Positions 19,386 to 29,116 of a stretch of DNA of 64,000 nucleotides are shown here, in pieces. The stretch is from Anaerohalosphaeraceae bacterium (lineage in GTDB: Bacteria > Planctomycetota > Phycisphaerae > Sedimentisphaerales > Anaerohalosphaeraceae): the NCBI GenBank assembly GCA_963675525.2, contig CAXXSL010000013.1:128001-192000 (forward strand), written 5' to 3'. The notes beneath the pieces are model-generated. The model was not told where the DNA came from. It did not search any database and saw nothing but the letters and a program-made list of their open reading frames with translations. The position numbers were made by a program, and so were the translations under genes. Each line of letters begins with the position of its first letter. Position 1 is the stretch's first letter.

Positions 19386-20255
19386 CTACTGCTCCTCGAC
19401 CGGAACCATTCCCTGATCGTAGACCGGAACCATTCCTTCATCGTAAATTATTTCTTGCTGCCCGGGTATGACCTCCTCTTCGGCGGCAGGGGTCGAAAGC
19501 GCATTGATCCGCATCTGAGCATATTCGGTGTTCTCGACGTACCGCGATTCTTTTTCCACCGCCAGTTGATACAGCGTCAAGGCCTCTCTATGCATACGGA
19601 GTTTCTGGTCCATGATCTTGGCCGCACGGAACCGTGCCGGCAGCGGCGTGACCTCGTTCCACTGGAAGGTGCGCTGGTAATAGATAGCCGCCAGTTCATA
19701 ATTCTTCAGGTGTTCATAAACCTGTCCGCAGCGATACGCCGCATCGTCGATCTTGTCACTGCTCGGATATTGCTGGATCAACTGATTGAACAGCCCCAGC
19801 GACTGACGCAGTTTGGCGTTATTGGTGACGATCAGAAATCCGCCCGCACTGCGGTACAAATCAATGGCCTCACGGTAAAGGATATCGGCCTCTTCGATGG
19901 AGCTCATGGCCGACAGATTTTCCGGGACCCATTCGCCGGGCGCCAGGTAACGATAATGCACCATCTGGTCAAACGTCTTCAGTTCCGTATTGGCCCATTG
20001 CAGTTTGGTCGCATTGCCGATCGATCCATAATAGTCCGCCAGCGAGGTCAGTGCCTGACGGTATGCCTCACGCGCAGCGGCGGCATTCTCGACATAATCC
20101 GCCTCCACCGCATCCGGCACGAGGAAACCTTCGCCCCGGGCCATCTGCATATCCGCTTCGGTCACCAGCAAATGCGCATCCGACCTCCGGGGATTATCAC
20201 AGCCTGTTAAAAGTATGCCTGCCATCACTGCGGCGACCAATAGAGTCCTTGCCAT
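19386..20255 (-). CDS. TPR-containing lipoprotein
   Basis: Lipobox LTGC; TPR-like FNQLIQQYPSSDKIDDAAYRCG. Confidence 0.75.
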   Translation of the reverse strand: MARTLLVAAVMAGILLTGCDNPRRSDAHLLVTEADMQMARGEGFLVPDAVEADYVENAAAAREAYRQALTSLADYYGSIGNATKLQWANTELKTFDQMVHYRYLAPGEWVPENLSAMSSIEEADILYREAIDLYRSAGGFLIVTNNAKLRQSLGLFNQLIQQYPSSDKIDDAAYRCGQVYEHLKNYELAAIYYQRTFQWNEVTPLPARFRAAKIMDQKLRMHREALTLYQLAVEKESRYVENTEYAQMRINALSTPAAEEEVIPGQQEIIYDEGMVPVYDQGMVPVEEQ

Positions 20256-20430
20256 CGTACTACTCCTTTCGATTCCAGAAAGAATTCTGTATTCTTTAGT
20301 TTTGTTTAAAAATACCAGCTTTTAGCCGGCTGTCAAGTATATTTGCTATCGGTTTTCGCCCTTTAATTCCTTAAAAACCCATAATTTACAGGCCGAAATC
20401 GTCATTGGCCCATCGTCCGTTGTCAATTCT

Positions 20431-21171
20431 TTACCACATGGCCTCTTCATTGAAGGGCCCGAGCGGACCGTCGCCTTTGGGTTTGGGACGGGATTTGATG
20501 ATCGCCTCAGCGATCGGCAGGTCATTTTTACGGGTGATCTTGATATTGGAATGATCCGTTTCCACGATCGAAACCGTTCGGCCGAGTGCTTCGACCAGTT
20601 GCGCATCGTCGGTAATTTTGGATGTTTCCAGCGTGTCCAGTTTGGCGTAAGCTTCTTTGAGCATGTTGGCATCGAACACCTGCGGCGTCTGGGCCTCGTA
20701 CAGCCCGGCACGGTCCACGGTGTCAATGATTTTCCCGTCGGCCACTTTTTTCAGTGTCGCCACCACCGGGCAGGCCAGCATGGCGGCACCGGTTTTGCCG
20801 GCTGTTTTAAACAACTCATCCAGCCATTCATTCGTCAGGCAGCACCGCACCGCGTCATGGACGGCGATTAACTCGGCATCGTCATTGACCTTTTCGAGTG
20901 CATTGGCAACCGTTTCAAAGCGTTCGGCCCCGCCGAAACAGAGTTTGACGCCGTTGAATCCCAGCGCCGCCCCCCATTTGACCGTGACCAGTTCCTCGTC
21001 TTCTTTGGAGATCGACAGGATGACCTGCTTGACATCGTCACGGTCGGCAAAAAAATCGATACTGCGCAGAAACGCCGGCCGCCCCGCCACATCCACAAAC
21101 GGCTTCTTGCGGTCCCCGCCAAAACGGCTGCTCGCCCCCGCCGCACAAATGATCACCGATATTTTTTTCAT
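20431..21171 (-). CDS. ispD: 2-C-methyl-D-erythritol 4-phosphate cytidylyltransferase
   Basis: AAGASSRFG, GGAERFETV, VHDAVR, QTPQVF, TDDAQLVE, NIKIT. Confidence 0.95.
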   Translation of the reverse strand: MKKISVIICAAGASSRFGGDRKKPFVDVAGRPAFLRSIDFFADRDDVKQVILSISKEDEELVTVKWGAALGFNGVKLCFGGAERFETVANALEKVNDDAELIAVHDAVRCCLTNEWLDELFKTAGKTGAAMLACPVVATLKKVADGKIIDTVDRAGLYEAQTPQVFDANMLKEAYAKLDTLETSKITDDAQLVEALGRTVSIVETDHSNIKITRKNDLPIAEAIIKSRPKPKGDGPLGPFNEEAMW

Positions 21172-21176
21172 TTCTT

Positions 21177-21806
21177 CTATTCCTCTATTCTCCATTGCAA
21201 CTCCACAATGCGGTCTTCGGTAACGAATTCCGGATGTCCATTCGCAAAAACAATATTGCATCCAGGCTGGCCGTCTAAGTCGTGCCTGAGTACTAAATTT
21301 TCCGGACCACCAAATTGATTAAATTGTTTTCCATGCACCTTTCGATTTTCCCTATACGCATCTACCCCCTCGCGATATTCTTTTAGGAATTCATAGTGCT
21401 TACGTACCTTTATCGAATCCCTTCGCGGGCCAACCTCAATCCCCAAGTCTGTCTCAAAAAACAAAACCATATTCGCCGGGACTTCTTTGAGTTTCATACC
21501 GGCAATATTCTTGTTCATCGCATAACAACATTCACCTTCTATTGCATCGGAACCAGGACAGACAAAGGATTTTGGTGAAACATCCGCTTCTTCAATCAAT
21601 AAATCACACCAGTTTTGAGTTGGCAATAGGCCATCGTAATCATTTGAGTAAACAGTGATGGCGCACGCCAAACCCTCCATATTTACCCCACAGACCAACC
21701 GTTGAGCCAATAACCTTGCTTTTGACAATGCTGGAATTAAAACTGCCAACAGTAAAATGATGAACAGAACAATATAACTCCATAAAACATTCGGCAAACG
21801 CATCAT
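21177..21806 (-). CDS. prepilin-like / H-X9-DG C-terminal domain protein (short paralogue, lacks Zn-ribbon/DUF4190)
   Basis: LIPALSKARLLAQRLVCGVNM; RH...GCNIVFANGH. Confidence 0.75.
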   Translation of the reverse strand: MMRLPNVLWSYIVLFIILLLAVLIPALSKARLLAQRLVCGVNMEGLACAITVYSNDYDGLLPTQNWCDLLIEEADVSPKSFVCPGSDAIEGECCYAMNKNIAGMKLKEVPANMVLFFETDLGIEVGPRRDSIKVRKHYEFLKEYREGVDAYRENRKVHGKQFNQFGGPENLVLRHDLDGQPGCNIVFANGHPEFVTEDRIVELQWRIEE

Positions 21807-21829
21807 CGCTCCTTTTTAGGGTGCCATTT

Positions 21830-22726
21830 TTACTCCGCCGTCCATCGCAATTCCGCGATGCCCTCTTCTTTCACGAACATCACATGGCCGTCGGCATAGG
21901 CAATATTACAACCGGACTGGCTGCCGGGGCCAACGTGCCGAAGAAGCAAGTCCTCCGGACCGCCGAATTGATTAAACCGATCTTTGTAAACAAAGGCGTC
22001 CTCGTCGTAGACATTTCCGAATTCATTGAGAAATTCATAATGTCGCCGTATCGTAATCGGCGCATTACGAGGACCATTTCCAACTCCCATATCCGTCTCA
22101 AAGAATAAAACGACATCCGGCGGTAAATCCCCCAGTTTCTTGCCGGCAACGTGCTTGTTCATGGCGTAACAACTTTCCCCCTCAATGGCGTCGGAATCCT
22201 CACAAATAAACGACCGAGGTGAAACATCCGCTTCTTCGATCAGCAGGTCGCACCAGTTTTCGGTCGGCAGCATCTCATCATAGTCATTGGTATACACCAT
22301 CATCGCCGTTGACAGACCTTTTAGATTTGTCCCGCAGACCACCCGCTGAGCAATATGTCGAACGTTACTCAATGCCGGCATAAGGATTGCCAGCATCATC
22401 GGCCCCAAAACCACAGGAATCACCAGTCCCGTCACAGCAAAACCAGTGCCTTTGAGCTGACCATTGCTCTTACTGATATTAACCAATGCAATAATACCGC
22501 AAATAATTGCCGGCAGACCCAGTATAGGCCATAAACCGCAAAAGCTAAGTAACCCCATCACAAAAGAAGCGATCGCCACCCCCGAGGTTTTGGGGCCGGT
22601 TTGCATCACGGCCGGTTGAGCCTGTCCCACGACAGGCTGTACCACGGCATTCATTAAAACACTGCCGCAGTTAACACAATGGGTTGAACCATCGCTGTTT
22701 TGGACACCACATTTTGAACAATACAT
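21830..22726 (-). CDS. Zn-ribbon + DUF4190 + prepilin-like H-X9-DG domain protein
   Basis: MYCSKCG..CVNCG; KTSGVAIASFVMG..GTGFAVTGL; LMPAL..VVCGTNLK; GCNIAYADGH. Confidence 0.8.
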   Translation of the reverse strand: MYCSKCGVQNSDGSTHCVNCGSVLMNAVVQPVVGQAQPAVMQTGPKTSGVAIASFVMGLLSFCGLWPILGLPAIICGIIALVNISKSNGQLKGTGFAVTGLVIPVVLGPMMLAILMPALSNVRHIAQRVVCGTNLKGLSTAMMVYTNDYDEMLPTENWCDLLIEEADVSPRSFICEDSDAIEGESCYAMNKHVAGKKLGDLPPDVVLFFETDMGVGNGPRNAPITIRRHYEFLNEFGNVYDEDAFVYKDRFNQFGGPEDLLLRHVGPGSQSGCNIAYADGHVMFVKEEGIAELRWTAE

Positions 22727-22727
22727 A
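22374..22727. repeat. 354-bp direct repeat, copy 1
   Basis: No differences found by eye against 25742-26095 (offset 3368). Confidence 0.9.
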
Positions 22728-22765
22728 AGTACCTCTCTCAAAAAACTATCCAAACACAAGTCCGT

Positions 22766-25273
22766 TTACCGGGTTTTCATCCGCAGAACGGTCACCGACC
22801 AGGGTTTGACGGCATAGGTAAATTCGCTGCCGGCCTTGTCAAAGGTCGATTCGACCGGTGAGACCTTCATCGGATCGTCCAGCGAATTTTCGTCCTCGGG
22901 ACTGTCACCGCACAGCGTGATCACGCGGGCTGTTTCGTCGATACCACCGAAACCGTTCAGATTCACCTGCACATCCCGGGCCTCGGCTCTTGCATTGACC
23001 AGTTTGACGACTACCTCGCTTGTTTTTTTATCCACGCCCGCGTTGGCAAAGAAATCAGCAGCCACATTCCTCTTGACGTCGGCGCTATGGATAAGCTTGC
23101 CGTCAAGGAAGCACTCCACGTGGTTGCCGCTGAGGACGACCTTCACGTCATACCACCGGCCAACTTCGATCGAACCCGGCGTTTGTGTCGCGATGGTCGC
23201 CGAGTTGCCGTTGACCACCTGTATCGCATGCTGAGTGTCGCCCCAGCCGCCCAGATTCCACTGCACATGTTCTCTGCCCTGATTGCGAAAGACGATGATA
23301 AATGCTTCCGCGCCGCCGTTACGCCTGGCTTTCAGCTCATAGGTATAATCGGACCACGACTCGTCGCCGACCAGCGTCAGTGTATCGGTAGCCTGCGGGT
23401 CCGTCTGGCGATAGACGCCATTTTCCACCGTCCAGTTGCCGCTTCTCCGTCGCGGATTCCAGTCATCCGCTCCCTGTGCAAAATCCGACTTGTACAGAAC
23501 CTCGTCGCCTTTGGTCACGCGGATATCCTTGAACGATGCATCCGCCAGCCAGGTCCGCAGTCCGATCCGTCCGGCGGCCTTTGGCGGCTCCGGAATTTCC
23601 ACGCCGGAAACGGTTGTTTCGACCATCACATCGGGGAGATTCTCTGCCAGCATCTTCTGCACATAGAACGAACTTCTGCCGAGCACCCGCGAACTGTCGA
23701 ATCGGATCAGGTTGACCGGCCACTCGCGGTCGTTGACATTCTCAAACAGCGGCGCATACGAGGCCATCACCACGATATCAGAATTGCGTTCCATCCCCAT
23801 CATGAACGCCGCTTCCGACAACGCTCCCAGCAGATTGCCGCTGCCGACGCCGCGATTGACGGCATACTCACCGACATAGATCTTCGGTCCCGTGCGGTCA
23901 TAGCTGTCATATTTTTTCTCATTCGCAAAAAACCAGGACGGCTCCACGTAATAATGCTCGTCAACGATTTCCATCGGACCGCCGGGAATCGGCTGGTCGG
24001 CAATCGTGATAATATCCGGATATGCCTTCTTGATCGCGGCATAGAAAATCTTGTACGCCCGGTGGTAGTCCGGACCGTGGTTTTCATTTCCGATCTCAAC
24101 ATACTTTACTTTAAAGGGTTCCGGGTGTCCGTTTTGGGCACGCAACGCTCCCCATTTCGTCTTTTTCGGTCCGGTCGCATATTCCAAAGCATCCAGCGTA
24201 TCCTGCAGATAAATATCGGTGATCTCCTTGACGTTTTCGGCAATCTCTGGCCTGCGTCCCTGACAACTTAGTCCCACGTTGCATACATACATGGTCTCGG
24301 CGTTCAGGTCTTCGGCCATCTGCAGGAATTCATGAAATCCCAGTCCATCCGTTGCCCGGTATCCCCACAAATCCCAGTGTCCGGGGCGTTCGGCAATATC
24401 CCCGATGGTTTCTTTCCATTGAATCCGGTTATCCAACGTACAGCCTTCGACGACACAGCCGCCGGGAAATCGCAGAAATTTCGGTTGAAGTTCTTCCAGT
24501 TTCCCCATCAAATCCGCACGCATGCCGGGGATTCGCTTTTTATAGGTTTTTTCCGGAAACATCGAAACAATATCAAACCACATCGTCACCGGCTCACGAA
24601 AACGGATAACCAGCCTTGCTTTCGGGTCCATTTCGTTGGCGGTCAGTGTACACGTGTACTGCTTCCAGTCTCCGCCAACATTTTTGATCGCTGAACGTGC
24701 ATAGACCTTTTGACCGTCATTACTTTCAAGCGTAACGGTCAGCGGCACTTTCTTGTCACTGCGTGCATAGAACGAAAGCATATATTTCTCGCCCTTGACC
24801 AGCGACATGCCCCAGTACCCCTCATTGGCAAAACCGGCTTTGCCGTCGGCCTTTTTGACAGCGACTCGCATCGAATGCGGGCTTTGTACGTTTAATGGTT
24901 GGGTATCGTCCAGGGCAATCGTCACATCGGCCCCGCCTTCGGCAACCACAGACCAGCCGCGCAGGTCCGTTGTGGGCTTCCATCGATATCGCCAGCCGTT
25001 GTCCGTGATGACATTGCCGTCTTCCAACCGCATATGGTCGGACAGTTCATTCTCCTCAAAGGTGCGATTCTGCACCATTTCGGCATAAAGCCCGCCATCT
25101 CCGGCATGATTGATCTCCTCATAGAAAACACCATAAAGATCCGGGCTGACCGTGACCTGTTTGCCTCCGGCATTGACATCCACCTGCACCGCGGCAAGAC
25201 CCACACCCGCCAACAATAAAAATACACATGAATATATAATTGTCGTTTTTACCTTTTGTGTCCGCTGCATCAT
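22766..25273 (-). CDS. secreted alpha-L-arabinofuranosidase (GH51) with inserted beta-sandwich domain
   Basis: Signal peptide; YGVFYEEINHAGDGGLYAE, LRFPGGC, EIGNE, YVGEYA; start uncertain. Confidence 0.9.
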   Translation of the reverse strand: MMQRTQKVKTTIIYSCVFLLLAGVGLAAVQVDVNAGGKQVTVSPDLYGVFYEEINHAGDGGLYAEMVQNRTFEENELSDHMRLEDGNVITDNGWRYRWKPTTDLRGWSVVAEGGADVTIALDDTQPLNVQSPHSMRVAVKKADGKAGFANEGYWGMSLVKGEKYMLSFYARSDKKVPLTVTLESNDGQKVYARSAIKNVGGDWKQYTCTLTANEMDPKARLVIRFREPVTMWFDIVSMFPEKTYKKRIPGMRADLMGKLEELQPKFLRFPGGCVVEGCTLDNRIQWKETIGDIAERPGHWDLWGYRATDGLGFHEFLQMAEDLNAETMYVCNVGLSCQGRRPEIAENVKEITDIYLQDTLDALEYATGPKKTKWGALRAQNGHPEPFKVKYVEIGNENHGPDYHRAYKIFYAAIKKAYPDIITIADQPIPGGPMEIVDEHYYVEPSWFFANEKKYDSYDRTGPKIYVGEYAVNRGVGSGNLLGALSEAAFMMGMERNSDIVVMASYAPLFENVNDREWPVNLIRFDSSRVLGRSSFYVQKMLAENLPDVMVETTVSGVEIPEPPKAAGRIGLRTWLADASFKDIRVTKGDEVLYKSDFAQGADDWNPRRRSGNWTVENGVYRQTDPQATDTLTLVGDESWSDYTYELKARRNGGAEAFIIVFRNQGREHVQWNLGGWGDTQHAIQVVNGNSATIATQTPGSIEVGRWYDVKVVLSGNHVECFLDGKLIHSADVKRNVAADFFANAGVDKKTSEVVVKLVNARAEARDVQVNLNGFGGIDETARVITLCGDSPEDENSLDDPMKVSPVESTFDKAGSEFTYAVKPWSVTVLRMKTR

Positions 25274-25308
25274 AACCATCTCCCTTGAAAATCCGTTTCT
25301 ATCTAAAA

Positions 25309-26094
25309 TTACTCCGCCGTCCATCGCAACTCCGCAATGCCCTCTTCGGTCACAAACTCCGTATGCCCGTCAACAAAGACAATATTGCAGCCCATCTGTC
25401 CGCCGAAACCGCGATGACGCAACGCAACATCCTGCAGTCCGCCTACGCCATTACGCCCGAGATTTGACTCAAACAGTACAACCATTTGCGTATCAATCTC
25501 TCCACGCTCAACCCCATAAACGTTTTTATTAATCGCATACCCAAACATCGCTTCCCGATCTGCCGAGCATTGGAAACTCTGCTGCGGTACGCCCGCTTCC
25601 TGCATCAGCAGATCACACCACTGTTGTGATGTGGGAAACTCATCATCATAATCATTCATGTAAACAGTCATCGCAGTTGACAGCACCTTCATATTCGTTG
25701 CACAGACAATCGTCATTGCCTTTTCTTTTACTCTCGCCAACGCCGGCATAAGGATTGCCAGCATCATCGGCCCCAAAACCACAGGAATCACCAGTCCCGT
25801 CACAGCAAAACCAGTGCCTTTGAGCTGACCATTGCTCTTACTGATATTAACCAATGCAATAATACCGCAAATAATTGCCGGCAGACCCAGTATAGGCCAT
25901 AAACCGCAAAAGCTAAGTAACCCCATCACAAAAGAAGCGATCGCCACCCCCGAGGTTTTGGGGCCGGTTTGCATCACGGCCGGTTGAGCCTGTCCCACGA
26001 CAGGCTGTACCACGGCATTCATTAAAACACTGCCGCAGTTAACACAATGGGTTGAACCATCGCTGTTTTGGACACCACATTTTGAACAATACAT
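25309..26094 (-). CDS. Zn-ribbon + DUF4190 + prepilin-like H-X9-DG domain protein
   Basis: Same N-terminal ~117 aa as 21830..22726, divergent C-half; GCNIVFVDGH. Confidence 0.8.
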   Translation of the reverse strand: MYCSKCGVQNSDGSTHCVNCGSVLMNAVVQPVVGQAQPAVMQTGPKTSGVAIASFVMGLLSFCGLWPILGLPAIICGIIALVNISKSNGQLKGTGFAVTGLVIPVVLGPMMLAILMPALARVKEKAMTIVCATNMKVLSTAMTVYMNDYDDEFPTSQQWCDLLMQEAGVPQQSFQCSADREAMFGYAINKNVYGVERGEIDTQMVVLFESNLGRNGVGGLQDVALRHRGFGGQMGCNIVFVDGHTEFVTEEGIAELRWTAE

Positions 26095-26095
26095 A
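25742..26095. repeat. 354-bp direct repeat, copy 2
   Basis: Matches 22374-22727. Confidence 0.9.
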
Positions 26096-26155
26096 TTGAC
26101 CTCCCTCAAAAAAAGTTGTAATTTACAAAAGCGTGGAACGGAAGTGACACGATAT

Positions 26156-26184
26156 CCCTGCGCTGCCGCTTCGGGCTTTTGTTT
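26156..26184. repeat. 29-bp REP-like repeat
   Basis: CCCTGCGCTGCCGCTTCGGGCTTTTGTTT; 27/29 identical to 44853-44881. Confidence 0.7.
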
Positions 26185-26204
26185 TTATTACTCCGCCATC
26201 CATT

Positions 26205-26747
26205 TTAATACTCAATTCCTTTTCGCGCCCCAATACCGTTGTTGTAGGGGTGTTTGATCAGCTTCATTTCGGTGACCAAATCCGCCATGTCGATTAAGTT
26301 CTGATTAGCGCCCCGGCCGGTCATTACCAGTTCAACACGCCGGTCACGATTTTTGACGAGCTGTTTAATATCATCCATCGAAACCAAATCTTGATTCAAA
26401 CAGAACACGATCTCGTCCAGCACGATCACATCGTAATATTTTTCGTGGGCGGCGGTCTGGAGTTCCTGCATGGCTTCATGGATGGCCGCACGCACCCGTG
26501 TCAGCTGATCCTCATCGTGCATGGACTTGAACATGTCCCACGGTTCATCCAGCCAGCGAATGGTCACGCCTTCGCAATGGGCGTTGATCAGTCCGCGTTC
26601 GCCCAGGTCAAGGTCTTGGGGTTTGAGGAATTGGTAGATGAGGACTTTGGCGCCGTGTCCTGCCGCACGCAGCGCCAGCCCAAAGGCCGCGGTTGTTTTG
26701 CCCTTGCCGTTGCCGGTATAGATTTGTACGAGTCCCTTCTCAAGCAT
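26205..26747 (-). CDS. cobO: cob(I)yrinic acid a,c-diamide adenosyltransferase
   Basis: YTGNGKGKTTAAFG, QFLK, VLDEI, TGRGA, ADLVTEM, KHPY..G..ARKGIEY. Confidence 0.93.
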   Translation of the reverse strand: MLEKGLVQIYTGNGKGKTTAAFGLALRAAGHGAKVLIYQFLKPQDLDLGERGLINAHCEGVTIRWLDEPWDMFKSMHDEDQLTRVRAAIHEAMQELQTAAHEKYYDVIVLDEIVFCLNQDLVSMDDIKQLVKNRDRRVELVMTGRGANQNLIDMADLVTEMKLIKHPYNNGIGARKGIEY

Positions 26748-26785
26748 GCCGCCTATCCTAAACGCTCGGAGGCGATTATTCAAAT

Positions 26786-26823
26786 AAAAAACGCCCCTCC
26801 GCTGATCACAGCGGAGAGGCGTT
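26786..26823 (-). terminator. intrinsic terminator after the PilZ gene
   Basis: AACGCCCCTCCGCTG-ATCA-CAGCGGAGAGGCGTT with a T-tract on the minus strand. Confidence 0.65.
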
Positions 26824-26864
26824 GAATGCCTCAAAAGAAACAGACAGGTTTCTACGCAATTTTT

Positions 26865-27230
26865 TTAGATATGCACGACGTCGTGTTCGGTTTCCTCGGC
26901 CGGTCTGAACGGCAGCGGCTCTGCAAATCGAACGGCGACACGGCGAATATACGGCCCCAGTTCATCGATCCGGCAGATATCGCCTTCCCGAATGAAATTG
27001 GACAGGTCGAACGATTCGCTTTCTTCGTGCCGGGGGACACTGAAGCGTGCGGTAATCCGGTCGCCGGGAGCCGGGCAGCGGTCCGCATAACAGGTAAAGG
27101 ATGCTCCGCCGCTGGAAATATCCACCATCTGCCCCTGAGAAAGGATATCGTCGAAATCTTCGGCAAACCAGATCGGCCAACTGTAACGTAATCTCTTCTC
27201 GCGTCTTCGTTCCATCAAAGAATCCATCAT
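26865..27230 (-). CDS. PilZ domain protein (c-di-GMP receptor)
   Basis: RxxxR (ERRREKR) and DxSxxG (DISSGG); GGAGG RBS. Confidence 0.85.
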   Translation of the reverse strand: MMDSLMERRREKRLRYSWPIWFAEDFDDILSQGQMVDISSGGASFTCYADRCPAPGDRITARFSVPRHEESESFDLSNFIREGDICRIDELGPYIRRVAVRFAEPLPFRPAEETEHDVVHI

Positions 27231-27595
27231 TTTGTTACCTCCAAAAGCCAGTTTTTCAGCAAATCGCTCAACAATATGCGGTGTGTCGGTCATGCCCGAG
27301 ACCCACTTAACGTAAAAATCAGATAAAACCCTTCGTAATCAGATTATTAGGTACGATTTGGCATCCGTGCGACGTGCTATATCCGAAAAGAGAAATAATC
27401 CTTGTATTTGAAAGACGGCCGAAAAATAGTTCAAACTTTAGGATTGTCCGATAAATTATATAAAAAAACGTAAGTTAAGGACCTCCGAGACCCTGTTTTT
27501 ATGTTTTTTCGGCTCTTTTCGACAGTCTGTTTGTCCCCTGGAAGCTGTCTTGAGGTGCAATTGGCAATATCCGGCCTATATTTCTTATTTTCAAC

Positions 27596-27624
27596 TTGAA
27601 AAAAACCCTCACATTCTCTACAAT
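27596..27624 (+). promoter_or_regulatory. sigma70-type promoter for ffh
   Basis: TTGAAA-N17-TACAAT. Confidence 0.5.
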
Positions 27625-27691
27625 CTTCCGTTTTCCGCAGGGTTTCCCTGCGCAGTTTTTTAACGGAATCCTTTAGATAACGAAATTTGAT

Positions 27692-29116
27692 ATGTTTGAC
27701 GCGTTAACCGACAAGTTTAATTCGATCTTTAAGTCGCTTTCAGGACGTGGGCGGATCACCGAATCCAACGTCTCGGATGCCATGCGCGAGGTGCGTAAGG
27801 GGCTGCTGGAAGCGGATGTCAATTATCAGGTCGCCAAACAATTCTGTAAAGACGTCAAAGAGGCCGCCGTCGGCGCCGAGGTCATCAAAAGCCTGCATCC
27901 CGGGCAAGTGATGGTTAAGATCGTCAATGACGAGTTGACCCGGTTAATGGGGCCGGTTGACCCGAAAATTTATTATGTTTCGCCCGGTCCGACGATTGTC
28001 ATGTTGGCCGGTCTGCAGGGTTCCGGTAAAACGACCACCGCCGGTAAACTGGCCAAGTACATTAAGGAAAAAAACAACAAAAACCCCCTGCTGGTCGCCG
28101 ATGACCTCCAGCGACCCGCGGCTATTGAACAGCTTTGCACACTTGGCGAGCAGTTGGGCATCGAGGTTTACAAAGAAGACGGCGTCAAGGATGCGGTTAA
28201 AGTCGCCAAAAATGCCCTGAAATACGCCAAGAAAAACAACTTCGACGTCATCGTGCTGGATACTGCGGGTCGTTTGCATGTCGATGCGGACATGATGGAC
28301 GAAATCGCCGCGGTGGCCAAAGCCGTCACACCACAGCAGATCTATCTTGTCTGCGACGCCATGACCGGTCAGGACGCGGTCAACTCCGCCAAGGAATTCA
28401 ACGACCGGTTGGAACTGGACGGCGTGATATTGACCAAGCTGGATGGTGACGCCCGTGGCGGTGCCGCCCTGTCAGTCAAAGCCGTTACCGGCAAACCCAT
28501 CAAATTTATCGGTGTGGGCGAAAAACTCGACAACATCGAGGAATTTCACCCCGACCGCATGGCCAGCCGGATTCTCGGCATGGGCGACGTTGTCACGCTC
28601 GTGGAAAAAGCCCAAGAGCATTTCGACGAAGAACAGGCCCAGAAGATGCAGACCAAGATGGCCAAGGGCACCTTCGGCTTCGACGATTTCCTCAAACAGA
28701 TGCAGTCACTCAAAAAGATGGGCGGCATGAGCAGTATGCTCAAGCTGCTGCCCGGCATGGGTGCACTCAAGGATATGGACATCGACGATGGCGAGATCAG
28801 TAAAATCGAAGGCATCGTTCATTCCATGACAACCCGCGAACGTACCGACCCGGACATTCTTGATGCGTCCCGCCGGCGGCGTATCGCACGCGGCTGTGGG
28901 CGCGACGTGCAGGATATCGCCGGGCTGGTCAAGACCTTCAAACGCAGCCGGGACATGATGAAAAGCATGGCAGGCGGCATGGGCGGAGGATTGGGCGGAC
29001 TGAAAAACATGTTCTCCGGCGGTGGCGGCGACATGATGAGCGCCATGGCAGGCGGCATGAAAAAGGTTAAACAACGCAGCAAACGAAAACGTCTGCCGCG
29101 AAAAAAACGCCGGTGA
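27692..29116 (+). CDS. ffh: signal recognition particle protein Ffh
   Basis: GLQGSGKTT, DTAGR, TKLDGDARGG, M domain SMT..ER..RRRRIARG. Confidence 0.98.
   Translation: MFDALTDKFNSIFKSLSGRGRITESNVSDAMREVRKGLLEADVNYQVAKQFCKDVKEAAVGAEVIKSLHPGQVMVKIVNDELTRLMGPVDPKIYYVSPGPTIVMLAGLQGSGKTTTAGKLAKYIKEKNNKNPLLVADDLQRPAAIEQLCTLGEQLGIEVYKEDGVKDAVKVAKNALKYAKKNNFDVIVLDTAGRLHVDADMMDEIAAVAKAVTPQQIYLVCDAMTGQDAVNSAKEFNDRLELDGVILTKLDGDARGGAALSVKAVTGKPIKFIGVGEKLDNIEEFHPDRMASRILGMGDVVTLVEKAQEHFDEEQAQKMQTKMAKGTFGFDDFLKQMQSLKKMGGMSSMLKLLPGMGALKDMDIDDGEISKIEGIVHSMTTRERTDPDILDASRRRRIARGCGRDVQDIAGLVKTFKRSRDMMKSMAGGMGGGLGGLKNMFSGGGGDMMSAMAGGMKKVKQRSKRKRLPRKKRR

Noticed and set aside
23087..24271. 394-aa antisense ORF and similar long shadow ORFs (e.g. 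8231..9199, 19455..20210, 41867..42577)
   Set aside because: They are antisense to well-supported genes and have no recognisable motifs.
21177..26200. integron or diversity-generating retroelement
   Set aside because: No integrase, attC-type sites or reverse transcriptase; the repeat copies lack adenine-specific mismatches.
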